Shown here: one piece after another, positions 30,961 to 40,177 of the stretch
Position numbering within the stretch: the stretch's first letter is position 1
Layout: each line of letters begins with the position of its first letter
Assembly (NCBI GenBank): GCA_019057815.1
Contig: JAHLWR010000008.1
Location: 1-64,000 of the forward strand
Direction of reading: 5' to 3'
From: Candidatus Heimdallarchaeota archaeon
GTDB lineage: Archaea > Asgardarchaeota > Heimdallarchaeia > Heimdallarchaeales > Heimdallarchaeaceae
DNA: 64,000 bases
Translations under genes and position numbers: made by a program
Notes under the pieces: generated by a model
Databases searched by the model: none
Seen by the model: only the letters and a program-made list of their open reading frames with translations
Told to the model about the DNA's origin: nothing

Positions 30961-32706
30961 TTATTCTTTGATTCTTTTTGCTGAAATCACAGTACCAAGT
31001 TGTACAAAGAGAAATTCATCAATATCCCCCGTTTCAGTTTCCTTGAAAGTTAGTGCAGTAGCTTCTGAGCCTTTTATTTTGAATCTCATTCCTTTAACTG
31101 GAACAAGTTCTGCAACTGGTTGATTGGGAAATGCAATTGTAAGTTTATCGTCTTTTTTGAAAGCTATTACTGTTTCAATGCTTGCTAAATTGTATTTCCC
31201 TACAAGTTTATTTAAGAATTCTTTATCTTTAAAGTGTTCATCTGGTAATCGTGTAAATTTAACAGGAGGAACCAAAGACTCAAGTTTAATTGTGAAACAG
31301 TCTACTTCTCCATTTGAATCGAGTTGAAATGTCAAGAGATCTTTTAGATCGAATCTTTTGTAATCAAACTGAAAAGTATCATAATGGTAGTGAGTTAATG
31401 GATAGGTTGCTTCTCCAAAGCTTATAACTAGTTCCTCGCCTTCTAAATCAATTTTTAATATGCCATAACCTAGATGATGATACTTTCCAGTATACTCTTG
31501 AAATTCAAAAGTTGGTTTAGTATTCAGAACTCTTAGCTCTTGTGACTTACTTCCCGTTTCTCTATCAATTTTCTTTACTTGTTCTTCTATAGGTTTCAGT
31601 AAACCATTCCAATCAACAGTTTCTAATTCAAGAAGTCTATCTAGAATATGATATGTAACCATCGTTGGTACCATACTTCCTGTTTTATTGACAATTACCC
31701 CTACACCTATACCTTCGTCAGGTATAAAAGTCATTAATGATGAGGAGCCATCGATTCCACCACCATGATGAACAGTCCTATATCCCCTATAAATCTCACC
31801 TGCCCAACCTAAAGCGTATGTTTGAAGTTTAATCCATTTTTGATCAGGTATCCACATATCTAAACCCGATCCTATGGATGTTATCATCAGAGGTTTATGT
31901 GTTCTTTTGATGTTGTCTGGGGATATGAGCTGTTTTTCACCCGTTTTTCCTGTATCTAAATGAAATTGCAACCACTTACCCATATCTTCAATGCTTGAAT
32001 TTATACATCCTGCTCCTGAAGCAACATCATTATCCACGAAATCGCACAGTAGAGTCTCACCATCTTTCTCTTTGTATGGATATGCAAAATCAGCTGTTTT
32101 CTGCATATCTGTGATCGAAAAATTGGAGTTTTCCATACCCAATGGCTTGAAAATACGATCCTCTATAAATTCGTTATAACTCACACCTGAAATCTCTTCA
32201 ATTACCACAGAAGCTGTCATGAACATAAGATTGTTGTACTGGAAGGTCGTTCTAAGGTCTTTACTTGGTTCTAGGAAAGGTAAACGTTCTAGTACTTGAT
32301 TATAAGTGAAATTAGTGTTCATCCAAACAAAATCATGCCTTGGTAAACCTGTCCTATGAGAAAGCATATCTTCCAGTGTTATTCTGTTTGAAACAACAGA
32401 ATCGTTCAATTCAAACTCAGGAACATATTTCCTAATAGGTTTATCCCACTCAAGTTTTCCTTCTTCTACAAGCATCGCAATAGCAGCAGTAGTAAAAGAT
32501 TTAGTGCAGGAAGCAATGGGTTGGATAGTTTTGGTAGTCATTTCAAGCTTGTTAGCTACATCACGATATCCAAATGCTTTAGAATAAATGACCTTCTTAT
32601 CTTTTAAAACGACAACTGCTACTCCTGGAATCCCCCAAGTATCAGGTAGATCATGTAGAAAATCATCTAATTCTTTAAATTCTTCAATACTCGACATAAG
32701 CAACAA
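30961..32706 (-). CDS. Serine hydrolase (beta-lactamase class C-like) with C-terminal DUF3471-like domains
   Basis: ASCTKS (SxxK), LSHRTGL, YNN, HGGG motifs. Confidence 0.9.
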   Translation of the reverse strand: MLLMSSIEEFKELDDFLHDLPDTWGIPGVAVVVLKDKKVIYSKAFGYRDVANKLEMTTKTIQPIASCTKSFTTAAIAMLVEEGKLEWDKPIRKYVPEFELNDSVVSNRITLEDMLSHRTGLPRHDFVWMNTNFTYNQVLERLPFLEPSKDLRTTFQYNNLMFMTASVVIEEISGVSYNEFIEDRIFKPLGMENSNFSITDMQKTADFAYPYKEKDGETLLCDFVDNDVASGAGCINSSIEDMGKWLQFHLDTGKTGEKQLISPDNIKRTHKPLMITSIGSGLDMWIPDQKWIKLQTYALGWAGEIYRGYRTVHHGGGIDGSSSLMTFIPDEGIGVGVIVNKTGSMVPTMVTYHILDRLLELETVDWNGLLKPIEEQVKKIDRETGSKSQELRVLNTKPTFEFQEYTGKYHHLGYGILKIDLEGEELVISFGEATYPLTHYHYDTFQFDYKRFDLKDLLTFQLDSNGEVDCFTIKLESLVPPVKFTRLPDEHFKDKEFLNKLVGKYNLASIETVIAFKKDDKLTIAFPNQPVAELVPVKGMRFKIKGSEATALTFKETETGDIDEFLFVQLGTVISAKRIKE

Positions 32707-32917
32707 TAATAATAAGAATTATTAAAATTATTGCAAATTCTCTTTATTTTAGCATATAAATTTAGTTAGTGTGAGAAAAAAACTAGGTGAATATTAATAA
32801 GTGTTTGAAATCTATTATTTATGATAAAATACTTCTTGAGATGGATTTTATTTCAGAGAATGAGTAAATAAGAAATTGTAGAGTAAAATGCTTGTTAAAT
32901 AATAAGAGAGTGGAAAA

Positions 32918-34873
32918 ATGAAAAAAAGACTAGTAATTCCTTTACTTATTATTATGCTTTTATTTGGATCTATTATCAAAGCAAGTTCTGTCAAACTTAC
33001 CATTGAACCTATTGCAGAGTTAACTTTGTTGCAATGGGGAGCAGCAAGATCAGATTGTAGTTTGTACATTATAGAACAGTTAAGAGAAATAGGTATTGAG
33101 GTTGAAGTCAGGAAACCTTTATGGCAATGTGGAGATATTCCTGATTTGAATGAAATTGACATGCATCTTCTAGCGCTATCTGGTACAAGAGTAGATCCAG
33201 ATCTCAGTCATATTTATAGTGAAACTGGGTCATTAAACGTATTTCGTCTAAATACAAATATACCTTATGGACAAGAAAATGAAGATATGCTTGAAGAAGG
33301 AATCAGAATAACTAACATTACAGATCGACAACAACACTATTATGACTGGCAGCAGTTATTAATTGATAAAATAACTCCATTAAAACCCTTTTTCAGCCCT
33401 AGAAGTTATATTGCAATTTGGAGTACACTCACTGGATACGAGTACCAATGGAGCTTAACTGACAATTTACCTTATATGGAATTTACAAATTATCACGAAG
33501 GTCAATCTAATATAACAGAATTAATAATAGCAGACTCTAACTGGGTGGGGTTAAATCCCCTATTTTACGATGATTATGTAAATCAAGAAATAATATCTCT
33601 CATATCGGAACCTCTTTTGAAAATTGCACCTGATTCTGAATACCTAAAGACTGGTATAATTTATGATTGGGAACAAAGTGATTGGTCAAACAAATATGAG
33701 ACTCATTTTCAATTCTTTATGAGAGACAATATTTACTGGAATCCTTCATATAACGTAACTGGAAGAGATAACACAAGTCTTCCTCTAAATCTAACTCCTC
33801 TAATGCCAGGACTAAAGAGCGGTGAAACTAGCAATGGTACCAACAGGCAATTAACTGCTAAAGACGCTGTTTTCACCTTATTGACACACGCTAATCCTCT
33901 CACTAGCGAAAACGCTGACATTTTTGCATGGATTAATGATATCTGGATTGATTCTTCCAATCCTTTATCTTTTCATATTATTGTGGATGGAGATCCTTCA
34001 ACAGTGGAACTTGATCCATATGCTCCTTTCTTGTATGACTTGAATCTAGTTATTATACCTGAATTCTTTCTAAACAGCTCAATGACTAATTCTACTTATT
34101 CTTCTGGAGGAAAAGAGATGAAAGGCATTTACGAGGGGATTGAATCTACTTCGCAGTGGCAAACATATGCCATTTCAGCATTCTTTTCAGGGAAATACAT
34201 GTTAGATTATTCTGTCAAGAATTCAATAACAGTTCTTAGAGCTAGTCCCTATTGGTTTGGAATAGGAACAAAAGATGGGACACCACAAGATTTGGATTTA
34301 GAAACAATAAAAATTAGGATTATTCCAGATCTAACTTCAGCATTAGTTGAATTTAAGGAAGGGAATTTGGATTTAACTTGTTTAAGTACATTTCCAGAAA
34401 TGAGAAAAGAAATGCAAGATGATCCTCTTTTTACAGTACAAAACAAAATTGCAAATTATATGTCCTTTCTTGCTTTCAATTTACATCGTCCATTTGTAGG
34501 TGGGGATGATAACTATGTCTACCTTAATGAAACTGGTAAAGAAGGATATACCAAAGCATGTGCTGTTAGAAAAGCTATTTGTTATGCTATTAACCTAGAA
34601 GAAATGAACAATGATATATATAATGGTGAATACTTTACCAGTTTTAGCCCAATTCATCCCATACATTCTTTCTGGTATTACCAAGATATAATTAAATATA
34701 GACATAACTTAGAAATTGCGTGTGAATGGTTAGAAGCTGCAGGATATGAAACACCAGCAACTGAAACAAGCGACACTACAATAACTATTGTTTCTGTAGT
34801 TTTCTACGTGATTCCAATATCTTTGTTTTATCTCATTAAGATTCAGAGAAGAAAAAGAATAAGAAAAATCTAG
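32918..34873 (+). CDS. ABC-type peptide/nickel solute-binding protein (family 5), copy 1
   Basis: Signal peptide, AVRKAICYAIN, WLEAAGY, C-terminal TM anchor. Confidence 0.85.
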   Translation: MKKRLVIPLLIIMLLFGSIIKASSVKLTIEPIAELTLLQWGAARSDCSLYIIEQLREIGIEVEVRKPLWQCGDIPDLNEIDMHLLALSGTRVDPDLSHIYSETGSLNVFRLNTNIPYGQENEDMLEEGIRITNITDRQQHYYDWQQLLIDKITPLKPFFSPRSYIAIWSTLTGYEYQWSLTDNLPYMEFTNYHEGQSNITELIIADSNWVGLNPLFYDDYVNQEIISLISEPLLKIAPDSEYLKTGIIYDWEQSDWSNKYETHFQFFMRDNIYWNPSYNVTGRDNTSLPLNLTPLMPGLKSGETSNGTNRQLTAKDAVFTLLTHANPLTSENADIFAWINDIWIDSSNPLSFHIIVDGDPSTVELDPYAPFLYDLNLVIIPEFFLNSSMTNSTYSSGGKEMKGIYEGIESTSQWQTYAISAFFSGKYMLDYSVKNSITVLRASPYWFGIGTKDGTPQDLDLETIKIRIIPDLTSALVEFKEGNLDLTCLSTFPEMRKEMQDDPLFTVQNKIANYMSFLAFNLHRPFVGGDDNYVYLNETGKEGYTKACAVRKAICYAINLEEMNNDIYNGEYFTSFSPIHPIHSFWYYQDIIKYRHNLEIACEWLEAAGYETPATETSDTTITIVSVVFYVIPISLFYLIKIQRRKRIRKI

Positions 34874-35028
34874 TTGATGTGAGAAAAAAATCGTGTAAAT
34901 ATTAATAAGTGTTTGAAACCTATTATTTGTGAGTGAATACTTATTGAGGAAGGATTTTATTTCAGAAAATGTGTAAGTAAAAAATTTGAGAATAAATGTT
35001 TATTAAATAATAATAAGAGAGTGAAGAA

Positions 35029-36999
35029 ATGAAGATTAGAATAGTATTAGCTTTACTAACAATTCTGTTTTTCTTTGGAGGTGTCATTGATGTTATTTCT
35101 GCTGACCAAGTCTATGAGCCTATTGCAGAATTAACTTTAAAAGATCATGGAGGAGGAGTACGCCCAGCCTACGATGTGTTTATTGCTCAATATTTAGCTG
35201 AAATAGGTATCAAAGTAAACATTGTAATTGTAGAATGGATTATTTTTTGTGAAATAATTACTGAAACCTATGATTTTGATCTTACAATTGTTAGTTTAAC
35301 TAGTGTAACAAGAGATCCAGATCTTAGCTCTATTTACAGTGTAAACGATTCGCTGAATTTATTTGGTTTAAAAACAAGTATTCCTTATGTACAAGAAAGC
35401 GAAGATATGCTTAAAGAGGGTGTAGAAATAACCAATATTGCAGAACGTCAGAATCATTATTATAAGTGGCAGCAGTTAATGATGGATAAAATAATTCCAA
35501 TACTACCACTTTACAGTCCTAGACTCTATGTTGCTAGTTGGAGTACACTCACTGGTTATAATTGTCGCTGGAGTTTAACTGATAATTTGCCTTACATGGA
35601 ATTTACAGACTATCACGAAGGTCAATCTGATACAACTGAATTAGTAGTAGCTAACTCTAACTGGAAAGAGATGAATCCAATACTGTACGACGATTCAGCA
35701 AGTCAAGAAACAATATCATTGATATCAGAACCTCTTTTAGCAATATCTCCTGGTGGAGAACCTTTTAAGACTGGGATAATTTATGATTGGGAACAAATCA
35801 ATGAGAGTCATTATCAATTCTTTATGAGAGACAGTATTCACTGGAATCCCTCATATAACGTAACTGAAAGAGACAGTGAGAGTATTTCTCTTGACCAAGC
35901 TCCTCTCATGCAAGGTCTGAAAAATAATGATGTAAGTAATGGTACTAATCTTCAAGTCACTTCCAAAGATGCTGTTTTTACACTATTAGCTAATGCCAAC
36001 CCTCTCATTAATAAGAATGCAGATAATTTCGCATGGATAAATGACATATGGGTTGATTCTATTGATCCCTTATCATTTCATGTCATAATAGATGGGGATC
36101 CTTCAACAGCAGAGCTTGACCTTTACGCTCCCTTCTGGCACAATTTAGATTTAGCTCTTTTACCTGATTTCTTTCTAAACAGCTCAGATGCAACTATTAC
36201 ATATTCTTCTGGAGGAAAAGATATGAAAGGTATTTATGGTGGGATTAACTTAACAGCTCAGTGGCAGACATACAGTATTTCAGCATTTGGTTGCGGAAAA
36301 TACATGTTGGATTATTCGGTTAATGATTCAGTAACAGTTCTCCGAGCGAGCCCCTATTGGTTTGGAAAAGGAACAATGGATGGGACACCACAAGATTTGG
36401 ATATAGAAACTGTAAGAATTCGTGTTATACCTGACCTTCATCAAGCTCTTGAAGAATTTAAACTTGGAAAATTGGATATCTGTACTGTAACTGCATTTAT
36501 TTCAGAGAGAAAAGAAATGCAAAATGATCCTCTTTTCATTGTAAACACCAAACTTTCTAATAGCATGACTTTTATCGCTTTCAATTTACGTCGTCCATTT
36601 ATAGGTGGGGAGGACAATAATGTATTTCTTACAACGCTTAGTAAAACAGATTATACTAAAGCATGTGCTGTTAGAAAAGCTATTTGTTATGCTATTAATC
36701 GTGATGAAATGAATCTTGTTATTCATGATGGTGAATTTCTGACTGTGCATAGTCCAATCAATCCAATGCAGACTTTCTGGTACTATCATGACATAACTAA
36801 GCATAGATACCATATTAGTGACTCAAAGGAATGGTTAGAAGCCGCAGGATATACAATTCCAACAATCATTACTACTGAAACAACACCGGAAAAAACAGAA
36901 ACGACTAGTAGCACGATTAGTACTATTTCAGTGATTTTCTCCTTGGTACCACCAACTTTACTTTGTCTTGCCAAGATTCTAAGAAGAAGAAAAATCTAA
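35029..36999 (+). CDS. ABC-type peptide/nickel solute-binding protein (family 5), copy 2
   Basis: Close paralogue of 32918-34873 over its full length. Confidence 0.85.
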   Translation: MKIRIVLALLTILFFFGGVIDVISADQVYEPIAELTLKDHGGGVRPAYDVFIAQYLAEIGIKVNIVIVEWIIFCEIITETYDFDLTIVSLTSVTRDPDLSSIYSVNDSLNLFGLKTSIPYVQESEDMLKEGVEITNIAERQNHYYKWQQLMMDKIIPILPLYSPRLYVASWSTLTGYNCRWSLTDNLPYMEFTDYHEGQSDTTELVVANSNWKEMNPILYDDSASQETISLISEPLLAISPGGEPFKTGIIYDWEQINESHYQFFMRDSIHWNPSYNVTERDSESISLDQAPLMQGLKNNDVSNGTNLQVTSKDAVFTLLANANPLINKNADNFAWINDIWVDSIDPLSFHVIIDGDPSTAELDLYAPFWHNLDLALLPDFFLNSSDATITYSSGGKDMKGIYGGINLTAQWQTYSISAFGCGKYMLDYSVNDSVTVLRASPYWFGKGTMDGTPQDLDIETVRIRVIPDLHQALEEFKLGKLDICTVTAFISERKEMQNDPLFIVNTKLSNSMTFIAFNLRRPFIGGEDNNVFLTTLSKTDYTKACAVRKAICYAINRDEMNLVIHDGEFLTVHSPINPMQTFWYYHDITKHRYHISDSKEWLEAAGYTIPTIITTETTPEKTETTSSTISTISVIFSLVPPTLLCLAKILRRRKI

Positions 37000-37051
37000 A
37001 TTTATTCTATTTTTATGGATTATTTATTCTGATCTTTTTCTTTTTCTTTTT

Positions 37052-38299
37052 TCAAAGATAATCTATTGCTGGTAGTAATTCTCCTTTCATCACAGCTAGG
37101 CTAGCTCCACCGCCTGTAGATACAAATGATATGTCTTTTTCAAAATCAAATTTCTCGAAAGCAGCAGCTGAATCTCCCCCACCAACAAATGTAGTAACAT
37201 TTTGTTCTACAAGATATTGTGCTAGTTCCCTTGTCCCTTTCTCAAATTCTCTTATTTCGAATATTCCCATTGGTCCTGTCCATAGAACGCTATTTGATTT
37301 AGATAAAACTTTTTTATATTCTTCAATTGTAGCTGGTCCGATATCTGCTCCAACTTGATTTTTAAGAATGTTTTTTACTGAAACAACTTCAACTGGTACT
37401 ATTCTACGTAAATCTTCAGTCACAACAACATCATTAGGTATGTAAATCTTCGTCCCAACCTCATTAGCTATTTTGATAAATTCTTTAACTGTTTCAACTT
37501 TTTGAGTGTCTTTGACTGACATTCCTACATCATAACCTAAGGCTAACAATGCTGTAAAAGTTAACCCTCCTCCCAATAAAATGTTATCAGCTAAACCTAT
37601 CATATTTCTAATTGCAGGAAGTTTGTCTTCTAGTTTTACACCTCCGATAATTGCAGTTAAGGGTCTTTGAGGTTCAGCAATAGTACTAGCTAGGAATTTA
37701 AGTTCCTTAGCCATAAGAAATCCATAAGCTTTCTCATCAATATAGTTAGCTACACCACAAGTACTGGAATGCTCTCTGTGAGCCGTAGCAAACGCATCAT
37801 TGATAAAAACATCCGCATGCAAAGCTAGTTTTCGAGAAAACTCTTCATCATTTTTATTTTCTTCAGAGTGGAAACGAGTATTTTCTAGTAGCAAAATTTG
37901 TTGTTGATTGAGTTTATTAGATAATGCCTTTACGTTTTTACCAATGCAGTCATCGACTTTGTAAATTCTATAAAGTGGAAGTAGTTCACGTAATCTTTTG
38001 GCTACCTTGTCCATTTTCAGAGAAGGAACAACTTCACCTTTAGGTCGTCCCCAATGAGACATAAGGATAACTTTACAATTCTCATTCAGGAGATAATAAA
38101 TTGTAGGTAAAGTATATCTGATTCTCCGATCATCAGTGATATTTCCATTTTCGTCCATTGGAACATTAAAATCTACTCTGACTAGAACTCTCTTGTTTCT
38201 AACGTTGATGTCTGTAATCTCTTTTTTTTCTTTAAATTTCAGTATATTAGACATATCTCGTTGTTCTTCTTTCAAAGGATTATCTTCTGTAATTAGCAA
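37052..38299 (-). CDS. pgk: Phosphoglycerate kinase
   Basis: RVDFNVP, SHWGRP, LLENTRF, NDAFATAHR, GGGDS, STGGGASL. Confidence 0.97.
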   Translation of the reverse strand: MLITEDNPLKEEQRDMSNILKFKEKKEITDINVRNKRVLVRVDFNVPMDENGNITDDRRIRYTLPTIYYLLNENCKVILMSHWGRPKGEVVPSLKMDKVAKRLRELLPLYRIYKVDDCIGKNVKALSNKLNQQQILLLENTRFHSEENKNDEEFSRKLALHADVFINDAFATAHREHSSTCGVANYIDEKAYGFLMAKELKFLASTIAEPQRPLTAIIGGVKLEDKLPAIRNMIGLADNILLGGGLTFTALLALGYDVGMSVKDTQKVETVKEFIKIANEVGTKIYIPNDVVVTEDLRRIVPVEVVSVKNILKNQVGADIGPATIEEYKKVLSKSNSVLWTGPMGIFEIREFEKGTRELAQYLVEQNVTTFVGGGDSAAAFEKFDFEKDISFVSTGGGASLAVMKGELLPAIDYL

Positions 38300-38490
38300 A
38301 GTTTACACCTTAAGGATTAAACTGATAATCCTTCACTTTAAATTTTTATTGTTAATAAAGTTAAAATTTTGATGTAATCACTACAGTTAAGTGATAAGGA
38401 GAAGTATTGAATTCCTAGTTGAAATTCTAAAAAAAATACAAACGTGAAGAATACGAAAACAAGAATTCTATTAAAAGAGAAGCATAAACA

Positions 38491-39957
38491 TTATATACAA
38501 CGTTCAACCACGGATGAACCCTTTTCATTGTATTCTTCCTTAGTTATCCATAACTTTCGATCATAAAAGATATCGATAGATGCAATAATTGAACCTCCTA
38601 TCCACCCAGAACTAACACCATCAGTCGATAAACTGACATTAATCTCAATGTTCTGAGGAGCTACCATCCTTATTTCCCTAGTAAATCTCTCAAGAAAACC
38701 CTCATATTTTGAAGCTCCTCCTGTAAGAATGATGTTAGAATAAAGATCCTTTGCTAAATCTCTATCACACTTTTGAATACTTTCCACAACTGCTTCTGCA
38801 AGGTTTCCAGGTGTTTTTGTTACACTTAATGGTTCATTTTTAAATAGTACTTCAACCGCTTGATATCTAGTTTTTTCTAAAGAGATAAAATCATTATCAA
38901 TAAGCCTAAAGGATCGTGCAAGTTTATCCGAATTATGCCATTTTTTGTCCTCTCCATTAGGATCTATTGAAACATAGCATAGTTCTTCCGAAGCAATTCT
39001 AATGTTTTTCTGCATTATATCTTGCTCTTCGACTGATTTTCTCATTTGCATTCCTTGATTTATTACTTCTTTTTTTACTATGTTAACAACATCCTTTGCT
39101 CCCACAGAGCGAAAATTACTTGCATGAGAAATTACAAAACCTCCATAGATTGGAGTTATACGCGTGTTTTGATTACCTAAACCCACAATAACCCCTGTGA
39201 CTGATTCATTCGCATATATGGAGAGTATTTCTTCAAACGAGAAGTATAACTCAGAGATGTTTAATCTATCAAATAAAACTAAAGCTAGTTTTCTTCTAAA
39301 AGCATATAATCTTGGTGATCGATTAACATATTTTACGGGTTTTTCAGCTAATAACAATTCCTTTGCACTAGATGGCAATGAGCTATCATTTACAACTTCT
39401 GTATTACCTTTCAAATATTCAAGACTCACATCATCTAAGAGCTGATTCACAATCAAAACTGGTAAATCTTCAGGTTTAATTTTCAACTCATCAAAAATAT
39501 GTATAAAAAATAGTTCTAGAGTATCTAAATCTATTTCCTCTTCAATATTTTCTGTATCTTGAAAAATATTAACTGTTCGTACAGACTTCTTCTTTGGATC
39601 TTGATAATTAGCTTGTCGAATAAATGTTTTACCAGCTTCATTATAATAAATAGCTGTATCAAAAATGAATCTAGGTTTAGATTCACCAGCTACACCAACT
39701 TTCGTCATGCAGCTGCCAAGATCTATTACTACTGCTCTGGGATTTTTTTCAAATTCAACTAAATTATCAAAGCTTATTAAAACTTCATCTATTTCACGTT
39801 TTTTCATTAGATCCACTTTCCTAAACATTCCAGAACATATATCACAGAAATAACCAACAGGAATCCATTTGCGTTTCTCTGTTCCTTTTCGTATATACAT
39901 ACGATGCATTGATTTTCCACAATGTTTGGGCATTGTTTTTGAAGACATCTGATTCAT
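38491..39957 (-). CDS. Divergent actin-family protein (Asgard actin/ARP-like) with N-terminal Zn-ribbon-like extension
   Basis: VVIDLGSCMTKVGVAGESKPR, ITPIYGGF, SIQKCDRDLAKDLYSNIILTGG, WIGGSIIAS, WITKEEYNEKG..VVERC. Confidence 0.9.
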   Translation of the reverse strand: MNQMSSKTMPKHCGKSMHRMYIRKGTEKRKWIPVGYFCDICSGMFRKVDLMKKREIDEVLISFDNLVEFEKNPRAVVIDLGSCMTKVGVAGESKPRFIFDTAIYYNEAGKTFIRQANYQDPKKKSVRTVNIFQDTENIEEEIDLDTLELFFIHIFDELKIKPEDLPVLIVNQLLDDVSLEYLKGNTEVVNDSSLPSSAKELLLAEKPVKYVNRSPRLYAFRRKLALVLFDRLNISELYFSFEEILSIYANESVTGVIVGLGNQNTRITPIYGGFVISHASNFRSVGAKDVVNIVKKEVINQGMQMRKSVEEQDIMQKNIRIASEELCYVSIDPNGEDKKWHNSDKLARSFRLIDNDFISLEKTRYQAVEVLFKNEPLSVTKTPGNLAEAVVESIQKCDRDLAKDLYSNIILTGGASKYEGFLERFTREIRMVAPQNIEINVSLSTDGVSSGWIGGSIIASIDIFYDRKLWITKEEYNEKGSSVVERCI

Positions 39958-40085
39958 GGTATATCATTCGTAGATATATATTCTTTGATATGATATATCT
40001 GCTAAAAGAATTAAACTTAGTTATGGAAAAGCCTAGAATTTGGTATATCATTCGCAGATGGTATATCATTAACAGATGGTATCTC
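39957..40085. repeat. 18-bp direct repeats TGGTATATCATTNNNAGA in the actin / EEP-protein divergent promoter region
   Basis: Copies at 39957-39974, 40041-40058, 40059-40076, partial 40077-40085. Confidence 0.8.
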
Positions 40086-40177
40086 GAAAAAGCTCAGTCA
40101 TAGTTTAAAATTTCCAGCTTATTACACATCGATATAATACAATTAATTTTTAAACTAGTAACAAAATAAATTTTTTT

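Noticed and set aside
39957-40085. CRISPR mini-array
   Set aside because: Units are 18 bp and mostly directly tandem with no spacers; no cas genes are present.
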